DNA of 64,000 nucleotides, taken from NCBI GenBank assembly GCA_051294375.1, contig JBJCIZ010000239.1, forward strand, positions 405,078-469,077. The letters are read 5' to 3'. Position 1 is the stretch's first letter. Each line of letters begins with the position of its first letter. The stretch comes from Paraspadella gotoi. Taxonomy: Eukaryota; Animalia; Chaetognatha. The notes under the pieces were generated by a model. That model saw only the letters and a program-made list of their open reading frames with translations, was not told the DNA's origin and did no database searches. Positions 1-10,810 of this stretch are shown piece by piece. Position numbers and translations under genes: made by a program.

Positions 1-39
1 TATGAGGATGCGCGGATTCTCAGCTCGATGTTTAGTGGT

Positions 40-260
40 AAAGTTAGGATTTACATTTAGGATAAGGCCTGGGGATTAGTTTTACTATGGGTTAGGATTT
101 GGGTTAGGATAAAAGGTTCAGATAGGGGAATCGGTTTTCGGGATTAGGGGATGGTTTCAGGGATTTAGGGGGATCGGTTCGGGATGTGGGGAATCGTTAA
201 GGCCTTACGGAAGAGAGGGAATTCTGTATTGGTTTGAAGATTGGAAGTTCAAATTTATAA
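40..260 (+). repeat. Degenerate telomere-like (TTAGGG/TTAGGA)n tract
   Basis: Repeated ttagga/ttaggg/gggtt hexamers. Related tracts at 10300-10450, 14570-14632, 18700-18952 and 32768-33015. Confidence 0.55.
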
Positions 261-940
261 AGTTAGGTAAGTAATAAAATTAAAATACCATGCTAATAAA
301 ATTTAATTTCAGATATTAGGGCGCTTTTTAGAAAATAGAGCCGAAAAGAAGTGTCCACATCGAGTCATGGATCATTTTTATGATATCCCCGCTCGGAATT
401 CTTCGTTTATATATTGAAAAAAAATGTTTCTATCTTCAATTTGCGTTTTTGTTCGCGCTGAATTCAAATTTTTACTATACATTAAATGTAACAATTCTTG
501 TGATATCTTGACTCATTACTAATTAATTTGGATGAGTCTAGATCAGGATGATTTAAAAATTTGATCAGTAGTGTTAGCCGAAAAATGAATAAGGAAGCAA
601 GCATAGTTAGTAAAAACGCAAAAGATCTTTAAGATTTAATTTATTCACAGAAATTATACATTAAGCGTTTGACTAGTTAAGCTTGATGTTTTTAAAGGTT
701 AAATCTCCCACTCATCATACAAGTCTTAATTTATTTCTCTTTGTTCGACCGTTTAGACGAAAGATTCTATAAATTTTTCAAAAACAACAAAAAAAACAAT
801 AAAAAAAAGGATAATGACAATCATATCTAAACGTCCCTGTTCGCTTCGTACGATCTTTTGTGCGTCCGCGTGCCGGAGACCGCGTTGGCCGGATAGCGTT
901 GAGAGAGTCACGAGACCGCGACACACCATTCGCGTTGCAG

Positions 941-993
941 GTCTGGCAACCGTGGGGGTCGTTCGGGAAAAAAGACGTACGCGAGGAAGAAAG
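941..993 (+). CDS. Candidate upstream exon of the kringle gene
   Basis: ttgcag|GTC...GAAGAAAG|gtgagt. Its phase-2 end joins in frame to exon 2359 (AG|T = Ser). An N-gap (1538-2321) intervenes and no start codon or signal peptide was found. Confidence 0.35.
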
Positions 994-1234
994 GTGAGTA
1001 AAAACAAAGTCGATAATCTGAATGAAGGTCTTAAAATAGAATTATAAACAAAAGACAAACGTTGCGAATAATATATTTTTTAAAAAACATTAATGTTAGA
1101 CATGATAGAGAGGCAGAGAACGAATAAATTCGAACAAGACGAAAAATCTCAGTAAGAAATCGACATTTGAAGAACCTACATATCCGATGCTACCTTCTCA
1201 GCCAAGAGCGAAAATACCAACGCAGAATTTACGG

Positions 1235-2358
1235 AAACTTAAGGTGTGCTTAACTATTCTAAATTAAATCAACATCAATCCGTGCTAGTTATAGCTGCGA
1301 GCTCACTAAGTTTGGATTTAAACTTAAGTGTTGTACTGTCCTACTAGTCATATCCAGTTTAGCAACCGTGACTAGTCATGTAACTTAAGTTAAATTACTG
1401 TTCCTTTGAAGCTCACTACGTTGAAATCCGTTGCAAGACTAAGTTATATGGTCGCTTTGAAGCTACTTAAGTTGAAATCCTCTAAACTTAAGTTTTATAC
1501 GTTCGGCTTGAGGGTCACTCAGTTGAAATCCGTTAGANNNNNNNNNNNNNNNNNNNNNNNNNNNNNNNNNNNNNNNNNNNNNNNNNNNNNNNNNNNNNNN
1601 NNNNNNNNNNNNNNNNNNNNNNNNNNNNNNNNNNNNNNNNNNNNNNNNNNNNNNNNNNNNNNNNNNNNNNNNNNNNNNNNNNNNNNNNNNNNNNNNNNNN
1701 NNNNNNNNNNNNNNNNNNNNNNNNNNNNNNNNNNNNNNNNNNNNNNNNNNNNNNNNNNNNNNNNNNNNNNNNNNNNNNNNNNNNNNNNNNNNNNNNNNNN
1801 NNNNNNNNNNNNNNNNNNNNNNNNNNNNNNNNNNNNNNNNNNNNNNNNNNNNNNNNNNNNNNNNNNNNNNNNNNNNNNNNNNNNNNNNNNNNNNNNNNNN
1901 NNNNNNNNNNNNNNNNNNNNNNNNNNNNNNNNNNNNNNNNNNNNNNNNNNNNNNNNNNNNNNNNNNNNNNNNNNNNNNNNNNNNNNNNNNNNNNNNNNNN
2001 NNNNNNNNNNNNNNNNNNNNNNNNNNNNNNNNNNNNNNNNNNNNNNNNNNNNNNNNNNNNNNNNNNNNNNNNNNNNNNNNNNNNNNNNNNNNNNNNNNNN
2101 NNNNNNNNNNNNNNNNNNNNNNNNNNNNNNNNNNNNNNNNNNNNNNNNNNNNNNNNNNNNNNNNNNNNNNNNNNNNNNNNNNNNNNNNNNNNNNNNNNNN
2201 NNNNNNNNNNNNNNNNNNNNNNNNNNNNNNNNNNNNNNNNNNNNNNNNNNNNNNNNNNNNNNNNNNNNNNNNNNNNNNNNNNNNNNNNNNNNNNNNNNNN
2301 NNNNNNNNNNNNNNNNNNNNNCTTAAGTTTGATACTGTCGCTTTGAAGCTCACTACAG
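1235..2358 (+). repeat. ~55-60 bp intronic minisatellite spanning an N-gap
   Basis: A unit of about cttaagtt..atactgtcgctttgaagctcacta(c)agttgaaatcc recurs at 1300-1537 and again at 2322-2358. Confidence 0.7.
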
Positions 2359-2477
2359 TTGCAAGAAGATGCAAGACGGTCGGGATTATCGAGGGAAACT
2401 GAATAAAACCAAGAGCGGACATCCTTGTCAACCGTGGAACCGTCCTTCAGTGCACAAACATCATCTGAAGAAGAAGC

Positions 2478-2536
<59 letters not shown>

Positions 2537-3966
2537 ATTTCTAAATGATCAATTCACTCAGTTTCGTGAGCGCAAATTTGCTGCGCAATTACTGCCGCAA
2601 CCCGACCTGGCACGAGACGGGTGACGGCCCATGGTGCTACACCATGAGCAAGCACGTCGTGTGGGAATATTGCGCTGTCCGTTGTTGCAGAGTGGCCGAT
2701 GAGTTTTGCGAAGGTAAAGGAAAAAGGATTATTTAAGTAGGAGTAGCCCCACTCAAATGGGGCGAGTCAAAAATTTAGAAAAATTATACATTTTTAAGTT
2801 TACTCTCAATGGACAAAACATTTATGTGGCCCTATACCCAAATAATTAAGTTTTTAATATTTATTTATAAATAGGAATGGTCAAAATTTTTTGGGGATAA
2901 TTCAGCTAACTCATAAAAAGTTTTCTACATAAGTATAATTCTTTTTTAAATATTTTTATGTTAAGTGTGGCAAAAATAAGAAAATCCGTAAAAAATCATC
3001 ATCATCATCATCATCATTTTTCGATGAATTTATCAGTTTTTTTATATTTTCAGTTGGAAAAAGTAAGAATTTTTAAAAGCTGTAAATAAATTTCTTGTTT
3101 AACTTTTTATGCTATCAGAATTCATCAAAAAATTTAAAGATTTGCAAAAAAAAATTTGTACTCTATACAGTAATATAATATTTTTAATTAGGCTAGTACC
3201 CTCAGAAAAAGCATTTTTGACAAAAAAATATTTATACCATAATCTATGGTCATGATAGATTATTTTAACGCTGTATACATTAGCATTTAAATTTCATCGG
3301 CTATGGGCAAATTTAAGCTCGAGCGTTGGCAGAGATTCGATTGCCTTTTGTTGAATTGTCTTTCAAGATAACGGAGGTAGCGTCGTCAGGCGGAGAGCGA
3401 GAGATGTAACTCGAAACAACGACGAACCGGCGAGAGAAGGTAAATCGAATAGCGAATACTTTCTTCATTTGTTTATTAATCGAATCGGATTTAATTAGAT
3501 TAAATTCAATTAATTTGCTTATATATTAATTTTTTAATTTTTTTAAATACGTATTGAGTTAATTTGTTAGATATTTAGTTAACTAGTTAATTAGTTAATA
3601 AGTAAATTAGTTAATTAGTAGTTTAGTTACTTAGTCAATCAGTTAATTTATTAATTTCATAATTAATTAAATTATATTAAATAAAATTAAATTGAATAAG
3701 CTACTGTCTAAGGATCTGCGAATGTTTTTTGACTTCCCATCGTTTAGTTGTGCTCAACGAACAAACAACGACGAGGCACCCACCTAGTAAGTTATCAATA
3801 TTATTTATCATTTTACCAAAATATGAATTCATATTACCGATACTTACCGATATACTTATGTGATAAAAAGGAAAAGCGACGACGCCGAAACCCGAAATGG
3901 GGAAACACAAAAACAAGACGAGGAAGGGAAAGAAGAAGAAGAAGAAGAAGAAGAAAAAACACGGTA

Positions 3967-4002
<36 letters not shown>

Positions 4003-4414
4003 AGAAAAAAAGAGAAGAAAGACGAAAAAGAAAGAAAAGAAAGAAAGAAAAAAGAAAGAAAAAGAAAGAAAGAAAGAAAGAAAGAGAAAGAAAGAAAGAA
4101 AGAAACAAACAACGAGAGAGAAATTCGAAGAAAGAAATAAAAAAGAGAAAGAGAGAGAAAAAAAAGAGAAAGAAAGAAAGAAAGAAAAAAAGAAAATTAT
4201 AAAATAAAAAAGAAAGAATGAGAGAAAAACTAAAGATACATACATGAAGGAAAATTGAAAAGGAAGTAAGCAATCAAACCACCAAGCATGAAACAAGACG
4301 AGAAAGAAAAAAACAAAGAAGCAAGAAAGCAACCATAACGGGCAATCAAAAAGCAATCAATGAAAAAATGACCCAGAAGAAATAAAAGCAAAGCAAACGG
4401 AACCAATCAACCTT

Positions 4415-4454
<40 letters not shown>

Positions 4455-4736
4455 TCTCTCTCCCCCTCTCTCAAGCCAAAAACGCGACTCGCAAAGCCCA
4501 CAACGGGACCCGCAAACACCGCGCCAGGTCGTCGGGCGGCGGCTCCGACTGCGGGCACGGCTGCGTCGCCGCCATCGTCGTCACCGTACTGCTCGTCATC
4601 TTCATCATCTATTACATCGTCATAATGAAAAACAAAAAGGCAATCGGAATGGATTCCAACTTTAATCGTTTCGACGACGACGAAGAAGACGATTTCGACT
4701 ACAACAGTAACAACTTTGGAGGAGGCGGCGGTCGTC

Positions 4737-4776
<40 letters not shown>

Positions 4777-5540
4777 ACTTAACAGAAATAAGAATAACTC
4801 GGGCGGCGGGAAATCTCGTTGTCGGAAATGCGGAAAGAAGCAAAGAAGGAGAAGGAGGAAAGTCTCGGCGAAATACGCGAGGATTTTGAGCGGTGAGATT
4901 TTTTTTTGTGATTGGGTTGCTTGGGTCGAGAGGGTTTTTTGATTGGTTAGATGGTCCGTTGCTTGTTTTGACGGTGGGTTTCTAGGTTTTGATTGGTTTA
5001 TTGATTGATTGGGTAGTTGTAGATTTATTAACTGGCTGGTTGGTTGGGTTGGTTTGTGTGAGTCGGTAAGTTTGTTGGTTCGTAAATTAGGTAGGTTGGT
5101 TTACTGGTTGGTTGGTTAGTTGGTTCATTAATTAATTAGTTGTCTTGTTCGATAGCGAGTTGGTTGTTTGGATAGTTTTGTTGGTTCCTCACTGTCTCTA
5201 TTTGATGACTATACGGTGCGGTAAATGAACGGATAAATACAAACAAAAAACAATTAAATAACTATTATTACTATCTGAAAGCCTCCATTAATCTTTTCTT
5301 GTCATTTAATCAATTTTTCAAAATTGGCGATCTCTTGTAAAAACCGACTACTTCCCAGGAGCGGAAAACTCGGATAGCGACTGGGACGCTAGCGACATCA
5401 GTTACATCAAGAACAACAACAACAACAAGAACAACAACAACTTCTTGGATCTCCGGCGGTTGAGACGCATCGAAGAGGAAGAGTTAAATGAGAGTGATGT
5501 GGATCGACGGCGCAGACCCGCGGAAGCGAATCACTATTGA
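2359..5540 (+). CDS. Multi-exon kringle-domain type I transmembrane protein (Kremen/PIK3IP1-like layout; 5' end incomplete)
   Basis: Exons with GT-AG borders and matching phases: 2359-2478 (CKKMQDGRDYRGKLNKTKSGHPCQPW), 2562-2713 (NYCRNPTWHETGDGPWCYTMSKHVVWEYC), 3368-3439 (VVRRRARD), 3748-3786, 3871-3963 (poly-K), 4476-4892 (TM CVAAIVVTVLLVIFIIYYIVIM, then acidic and poly-G tail), 5359-5540 ending TGA. All six kringle Cys and the YRG, CQxW, NYCRNP and PWCY motifs are present. Confidence 0.88.
2760..3310 (+). repeat. Dispersed AT-rich repeat (~550 bp), copy 1
   Basis: Colinear diverged copy at ~8370-8900, sharing tttaatatttatttataaatag, aagtataattct, (atc)n and ctatcagaat. The two copies lie in introns of different genes. 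Confidence 0.7.
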
Positions 5541-6244
5541 CACGAAAGAGAGAGAAAAAAAAAATACAATTTTTTTTCTTGTTTCTGTTGATTTTTAAAC
5601 GAATTTGCGTGTTTTTTTTTATTTTCAGTTCGATTGAATTGTGTTCAGGAACGGTATTTTTTATGGCATATTAAATATTAAATATTAAATATTAAATAAT
5701 AAATATTAAATCATATCGGTTTTTTTTTTAGTAAGAAACTAAGCAAGGAATGTTTTAAAAAAGTAGCCACTTACTGTATGAAGCGACGCTGGGCCAAGTT
5801 CGCAAGGCCATTTTTAATTTGTAAATAACAAATGAAGTAATTTTGTAATTGTTTAGGTCCTTTTATTAACTTTTTTTTTAGATTTCGGGCCTTATACGCA
5901 TTTAAGATACTACGTTTTGTTAATTTGTCTTCATTAATTAGTATGATTTCCTTCTGTTTAAAGTCCAATGGGTCTTCTCCGGCTTCATCGGCTCTGGCTA
6001 TTAATGGTATGATTTGTATTTAATCTTTATGATTTCTTTTTTCTACAATGGGCCTTCTTCTCAGGCCTCCCACCATGAGTAAATATCTTCATCTTTACAA
6101 ATCTTAAATTCAAATTCCAATAAGAATATGATAACATATGTTCTTGATCGGTATAATTTGTATGATTTCTTTCTTGTTGTCAAAATGACTCTTGCCTTTG
6201 ATGCTCAACAACAACAACAACAAACAACAACAACAACAACTCAC

Positions 6245-6943
6245 CCTGAAACAATTTGGCGTTGGCGAAGTCGGTCATCTCGGCCTCTCCCGGTTTCTCG
6301 TATCCGTAAATCCGAACGAGAATCTCCCTGGCGCGCGCCCTCTGTCCGCGACGGAGGCAAAACTTGGGACTCTCCGGAAAACAAAAGAGCATCAGGGAGG
6401 CGGAGGCGGCGGGAATTACAGAGACGAGAACGAAGAGGCGCCAAGAGTCGAAAACGAGGGTTGAGGAGAGCTGGAGGTAAAGGGGGGGTGGGATGGGTCG
6501 ATATTAGAAGAGGGATGGCGGGGTATTTTAACAAGTGGTTTTATTCATTTGTCCGTCTTGTTTAATGTATGAAATTGGTACAACCAATATAAAAAAATGA
6601 TTCGTTCTTTTAATAAATAAGCTATCTTTCCCCCTGACTTTGGACAGGCTTAAGGCCTCCAATCACTCTTACAAGCTGCAAGCTGCAAGCTTTCAAACGA
6701 GACTCTCTCATCGGGGAATACTATATTGTACTCCGCCCAGCATCAAAATACAAGGGGCTGAATTATATTATATCGTATAGTATATAGTATAAAAATTGCA
6801 AAATTTAAAGAGAGTTACTGACTGGCCAATTGATCGTCTCGTTGGGAATAATGAGCCAAGCCAGACCCGCGCAGAGAAGGTTGCCGATCATCCACGAGGT
6901 CGCCATTAAACTCATGTAGCCGCCTGAGAATTGAAAGGATAAT

Positions 6944-7008
<65 letters not shown>

Positions 7009-8983
7009 CCCCAATGGTGACGGAATCGTACACTTCGCCATCAAAATACAAACTATCATGGCATAAGTCGGTCAATTTTATCAACAGACAAAATAATGGC
7101 CGACATAAGCTAAAAAACCCACCGACACCGAACCAAAAAAAAAAGGGCAATTCAATTCAAGACAAACACACACACAACACAAGCCGATGGCCGAATGGCC
7201 AATGGCCAATGGCCGATGGCCTCTCACCTCTGCCCTTGGCCGGAAGAAACTCGGCGAAATAAGACCAGACGACGGGAATCGATCCGCCGACCCCGAGCCC
7301 TAAGAAACGAAGGCGTTTGAGGGAATCTGCGGCATTTACGGCATCTACGGCATACCTGATAAAAACCTTGCTAGAAGGAAGAGAGCGTAGTTGGGCATGA
7401 AGGCGGAAATCAGTCCGCCCAGGGCGTTAACGGCGAGAGAGATAATGAGGGCCAATCTAGGGGGGGGGGAATGAAGGAAAGAATATTATTCATTTGTATT
7501 TGGAGTCGAAATAATAACATTTTAATAGTTTGCAACAACGACATAATGTTTTTACGTGAAAACGGACATGTTTCGAATAATTGTTAGCCTTTATCAGCCC
7601 AAATCAATTAGTCGAAACGTGTCCGCTTTCATATAAAAACATTATGTCGTTTTTGTATACCATTAAAATTTTATTATTTCGTCTTTAAAACGAATTGAAA
7701 ATATAGTATTCTATATACTAATTTGCATATTATAGAAAACAATTTGCATATTGCAGTAAATCATAATGAGAAAGAAATTCAAACAAAAAATACTTGAATT
7801 CAAAGGAAACATGACAATTGCAAAGATCTTCAAGATGAGAAGACATATCTAAATTTTTATAAAAATCCATCCTAATTCGTAGAAGTTTTTATTTTAAAGA
7901 AAAATTGTAAGCCCCAGTCAAAACTATATAAGAAAAAAACGTGACGTAACGACGACAACGACGACGACGACGTCACAAAGAAACTAAGCGGATCCTAAAT
8001 CTGGTTTAAAAAAATAATACAATGTTTTTTTTAATATTTGACTTAATAAATAATACATTAATTTCCTCACTTTCGTCCGTACGAGTCGGACAAAGTGCCC
8101 CACCAGTAGCCGCCCAACATCATTCCAACGAAGGTGATGGCCGAGAGCCAACCCTTTCTTGCTCCGGTCAATTCCAAGGCACACTGGGATAGAATGGTGA
8201 GTATTTAGTAAAGTGAAGTAAAAGTTTGGAATCAAAATATATCGATAAAATCTTGAAAATTATTCTATTAATGAATATCATTCTTAGAGCCAAACTTTGT
8301 CAATGGGGTGGGTCAGAAGTTTGATTGAGGAACCTTCCCAAATGAATCTTCATACATTTCTGAGAAAACTTTCATTGGACAAATTTTTTTTTAAATGGCT
8401 AGAAGCACTAGTAATTATTTTTTTAATATTTATTTATAAATAGAAAATGTCAAAATATTTATTTTGAATTTTTTATTTTTAAAAGCAGATTCAGATATCT
8501 TATAAGCTTATGAAAAGTTGTCTACACAAAGTATAATTCTTTATTCAATATTTTGATGATAAGTTGGTTAAAATTGGGAAAAACCTTAAAAATCATCATC
8601 ATCATCATCCGATGATTTCAGCAGTTTTTTTAGTAATAAAACATTAAAATTTTGCTTAACTTTTTAGGCTCTATCAGAATCAATTAAAAAACTTAAAATT
8701 TAAAAATTATATAGCAATTTAATATTGTGTATAAACNNNNNNNNNNTTTTTTCTCCTAAAGCAATTTAATAATATTAATTAGTGAATCACTCATGGTTCG
8801 GAACATTTTTGCAAAAAATATTTTAACACAATAATTATTATCAATAATGGATTAGTTTAATGCTGTTCCCATTAAAATTTGAATTCGGTCGGTTACCGCT
8901 ATCATTATCATATCATTAACTTTACAATGTCATTTTAATGTGTATTTCTTTTTCTTTTTTTTTCATTAATGTAGTATCCCTGT

Positions 8984-9039
<56 letters not shown>

Positions 9040-9399
9040 CCTCGGCGGAGGGCAGTACGAAAGAGATGCAAAGAACTTCAACAGCGTCGGAAGCGTTGGC
9101 CCAACCGCAGCAGAGAATCAAAGCTTCGAGGTTGAGAAGAGAAAAATATTAAAAATTGATTAAAAAGTGTATTGCTGTCTTGGTTTTATTAATATATCCT
9201 ACCGATTTCGTATGTAAAAGAAAAAGTGTTTCAAAATACAGATCCAATTGATCAAAATACAAATTTTTTTATCATAATAAATATATTTATCAAATATTGG
9301 TTATTAACATTACTTAAATAAATTAGATTGACCTTTGTGAAACTTTCCGAATCCAATTTTGCTAAGCAAATTGTCGTAGAGAACCTCAACGTCTTCTTT

Positions 9400-9448
<49 letters not shown>

Positions 9449-9495
9449 ACGTTGATATTTTCGGCGACAAACGCTTTGTTTTCCTTCGCGTTCAT
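6245..9495 (-). CDS. SV2: SV2/SVOP-like major facilitator superfamily transporter, N-terminal half (TM1-6)
   Basis: Phase-consistent exons: 9495-9333 (M...IGFGKFH), 9123-9041 (GWANASDAVEVLCISFVLPSAE), 8183-8071 (GMMLGGYWWGTLSDSYGRK, MFS motif A), 7456-7356 (ARFLSG), 7299-7228 (GVGGSIPVVWSYFAEFLP), 6923-6823, 6470-6245 (SWRLF...PESPKF). The last exon ends at a gtgag donor. The symbol is family-level only. Confidence 0.88.
7505..7685. repeat. Imperfect ~80 bp-arm palindrome built from hammerhead-bearing Penelope-type termini
   Basis: 7505-7583 is the reverse complement of 7605-7685. The minus strand reads ggCTGATAA-aggctaacaattattc-GAAAcatGTC; the plus arm reads ttagtcGAAAcgtGTCcgc. Confidence 0.6.
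8370..8900 (+). repeat. Dispersed AT-rich repeat (~550 bp), copy 2
   Basis: Similar to 2760-3310. Confidence 0.7.
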
Positions 9496-9820
9496 CGTCT
9501 TTTTCGTCGTCGTCGTCGTCGTCGTCGACGTCGTTGCGTTTGAGATTAGATCGTTAAACTTTAACTTAAAGTTTTTAATTGTTTACAAACAACCGACTTT
9601 ATTCTTAAGAAAGGGACATGTTTTGACTTTATTCAAGCCTTCTTATGCGCAAAAACAGAGTTGTTTCGAAGACGAAACACATCCATATCCAAAACATATT
9701 CATATCGTTGTTTGTAAATAAGAAAAAAAAAACGTTCTAGTCAATTGATCTATACATTTTTTTACAAAACAAAACAGTAAAACGGATGAGTCTTGTGAGA
9801 TTAAAGAGAAAGAGTTGAAT

Positions 9821-9927
<107 letters not shown>

Positions 9928-10654
9928 TTCGACTTTGATCAATGTTATGAATTTTTTCAGGCATAACAGTAATATGCGTTTAAAACATTTTCTTAAAGGC
10001 TGAGAAACAGAGCGATTCACGAATGATTATTATCCTCAGAGTTTTAAATACGCATCAAAATAAATTTTCATGTGATGGTACAAAAGGAAAAGTAATAATT
10101 GTAAAACAAAAATCGAGAATATATTTAAAGAAACAAGTATGACCAGCTTTACCCAAACACGAAAAAAATTCAGGGCTATAATAACTCGTTTGAAAATGCG
10201 GCTCTCTTTTTTCCAAAGCGTCCCATTTCTGTTCCTTAATCTCGAACTTAATTTTCAATCTTGATATTTGACGCAAATCTTTAATGAAACTCACAACTCA
10301 ATCACTTAACCTTTTCCTTAACCCTAACGCCACCTAATTTTGTATTATTAACCTGAAACCTTAACTCTTAACTCATATACTTAATCCTAATCACTAACCT
10401 AATCCCTATCCTTAATTCATAACTTAATCTTTATCTTAATCCTTAACCTTTGACGTCATTTTAAATCCAAAAACTGACTTACCGATCTAATAGTAATAGT
10501 ATAATAGTATATAATATATATATAATATATAATAGTATATAATAGAAATACTTAAGGGATTGGTCTTTTCATACAATTGAAACATTCTTTGAAACATTGT
10601 ACCACTTCTTTGATAGGGAAGCCAAGTACTCTGGGAGTGAAAAAAACGAGACTG

Positions 10655-10810
10655 TGAGAGAGTCTTTGATTGAAAGCTTGCAGGGACCTGCTATATCATT
10701 ATCTTGTGAGAGTGATGGAGGCCCTAAACCACCAAAGCCTGTCAAAAGTCAGGGGCAAGATAGCTTATTTATTAAATAATTTTAATATTGGTTGTACCAA
10801 TTTCATTTCA
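10655..10810 (+). mobile_element. Short interspersed repeat (~150-200 bp, unclassified SINE/MITE-like)
   Basis: tgattgaaagcttgca...ggaggcc...aaagtcaggggcaagatagctt...ggttgtaccaatttcat. Other copies at 49980-50135 (+) and 6570-6715 (-); partial copies at 20782-20845 and 34872-34935 (-). Confidence 0.7.

Noticed and set aside
1406-2431. 306 aa and 322 aa ORFs
   Set aside because: Almost entirely N-gap translation. The same applies to ORFs over the gaps at 18408, 28860, 29149 and 48002.
3701-4356. Phe/Ser/Leu-rich and Lys/Arg/Glu-rich ORFs
   Set aside because: Translations of intronic (GAAA)n; only 3748-3786 and 3871-3963 fit the spliced gene.
5771-5968. 65 aa minus-strand ORF as the next SV2 exon
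   Set aside because: No hydrophobic segments or MFS motifs.
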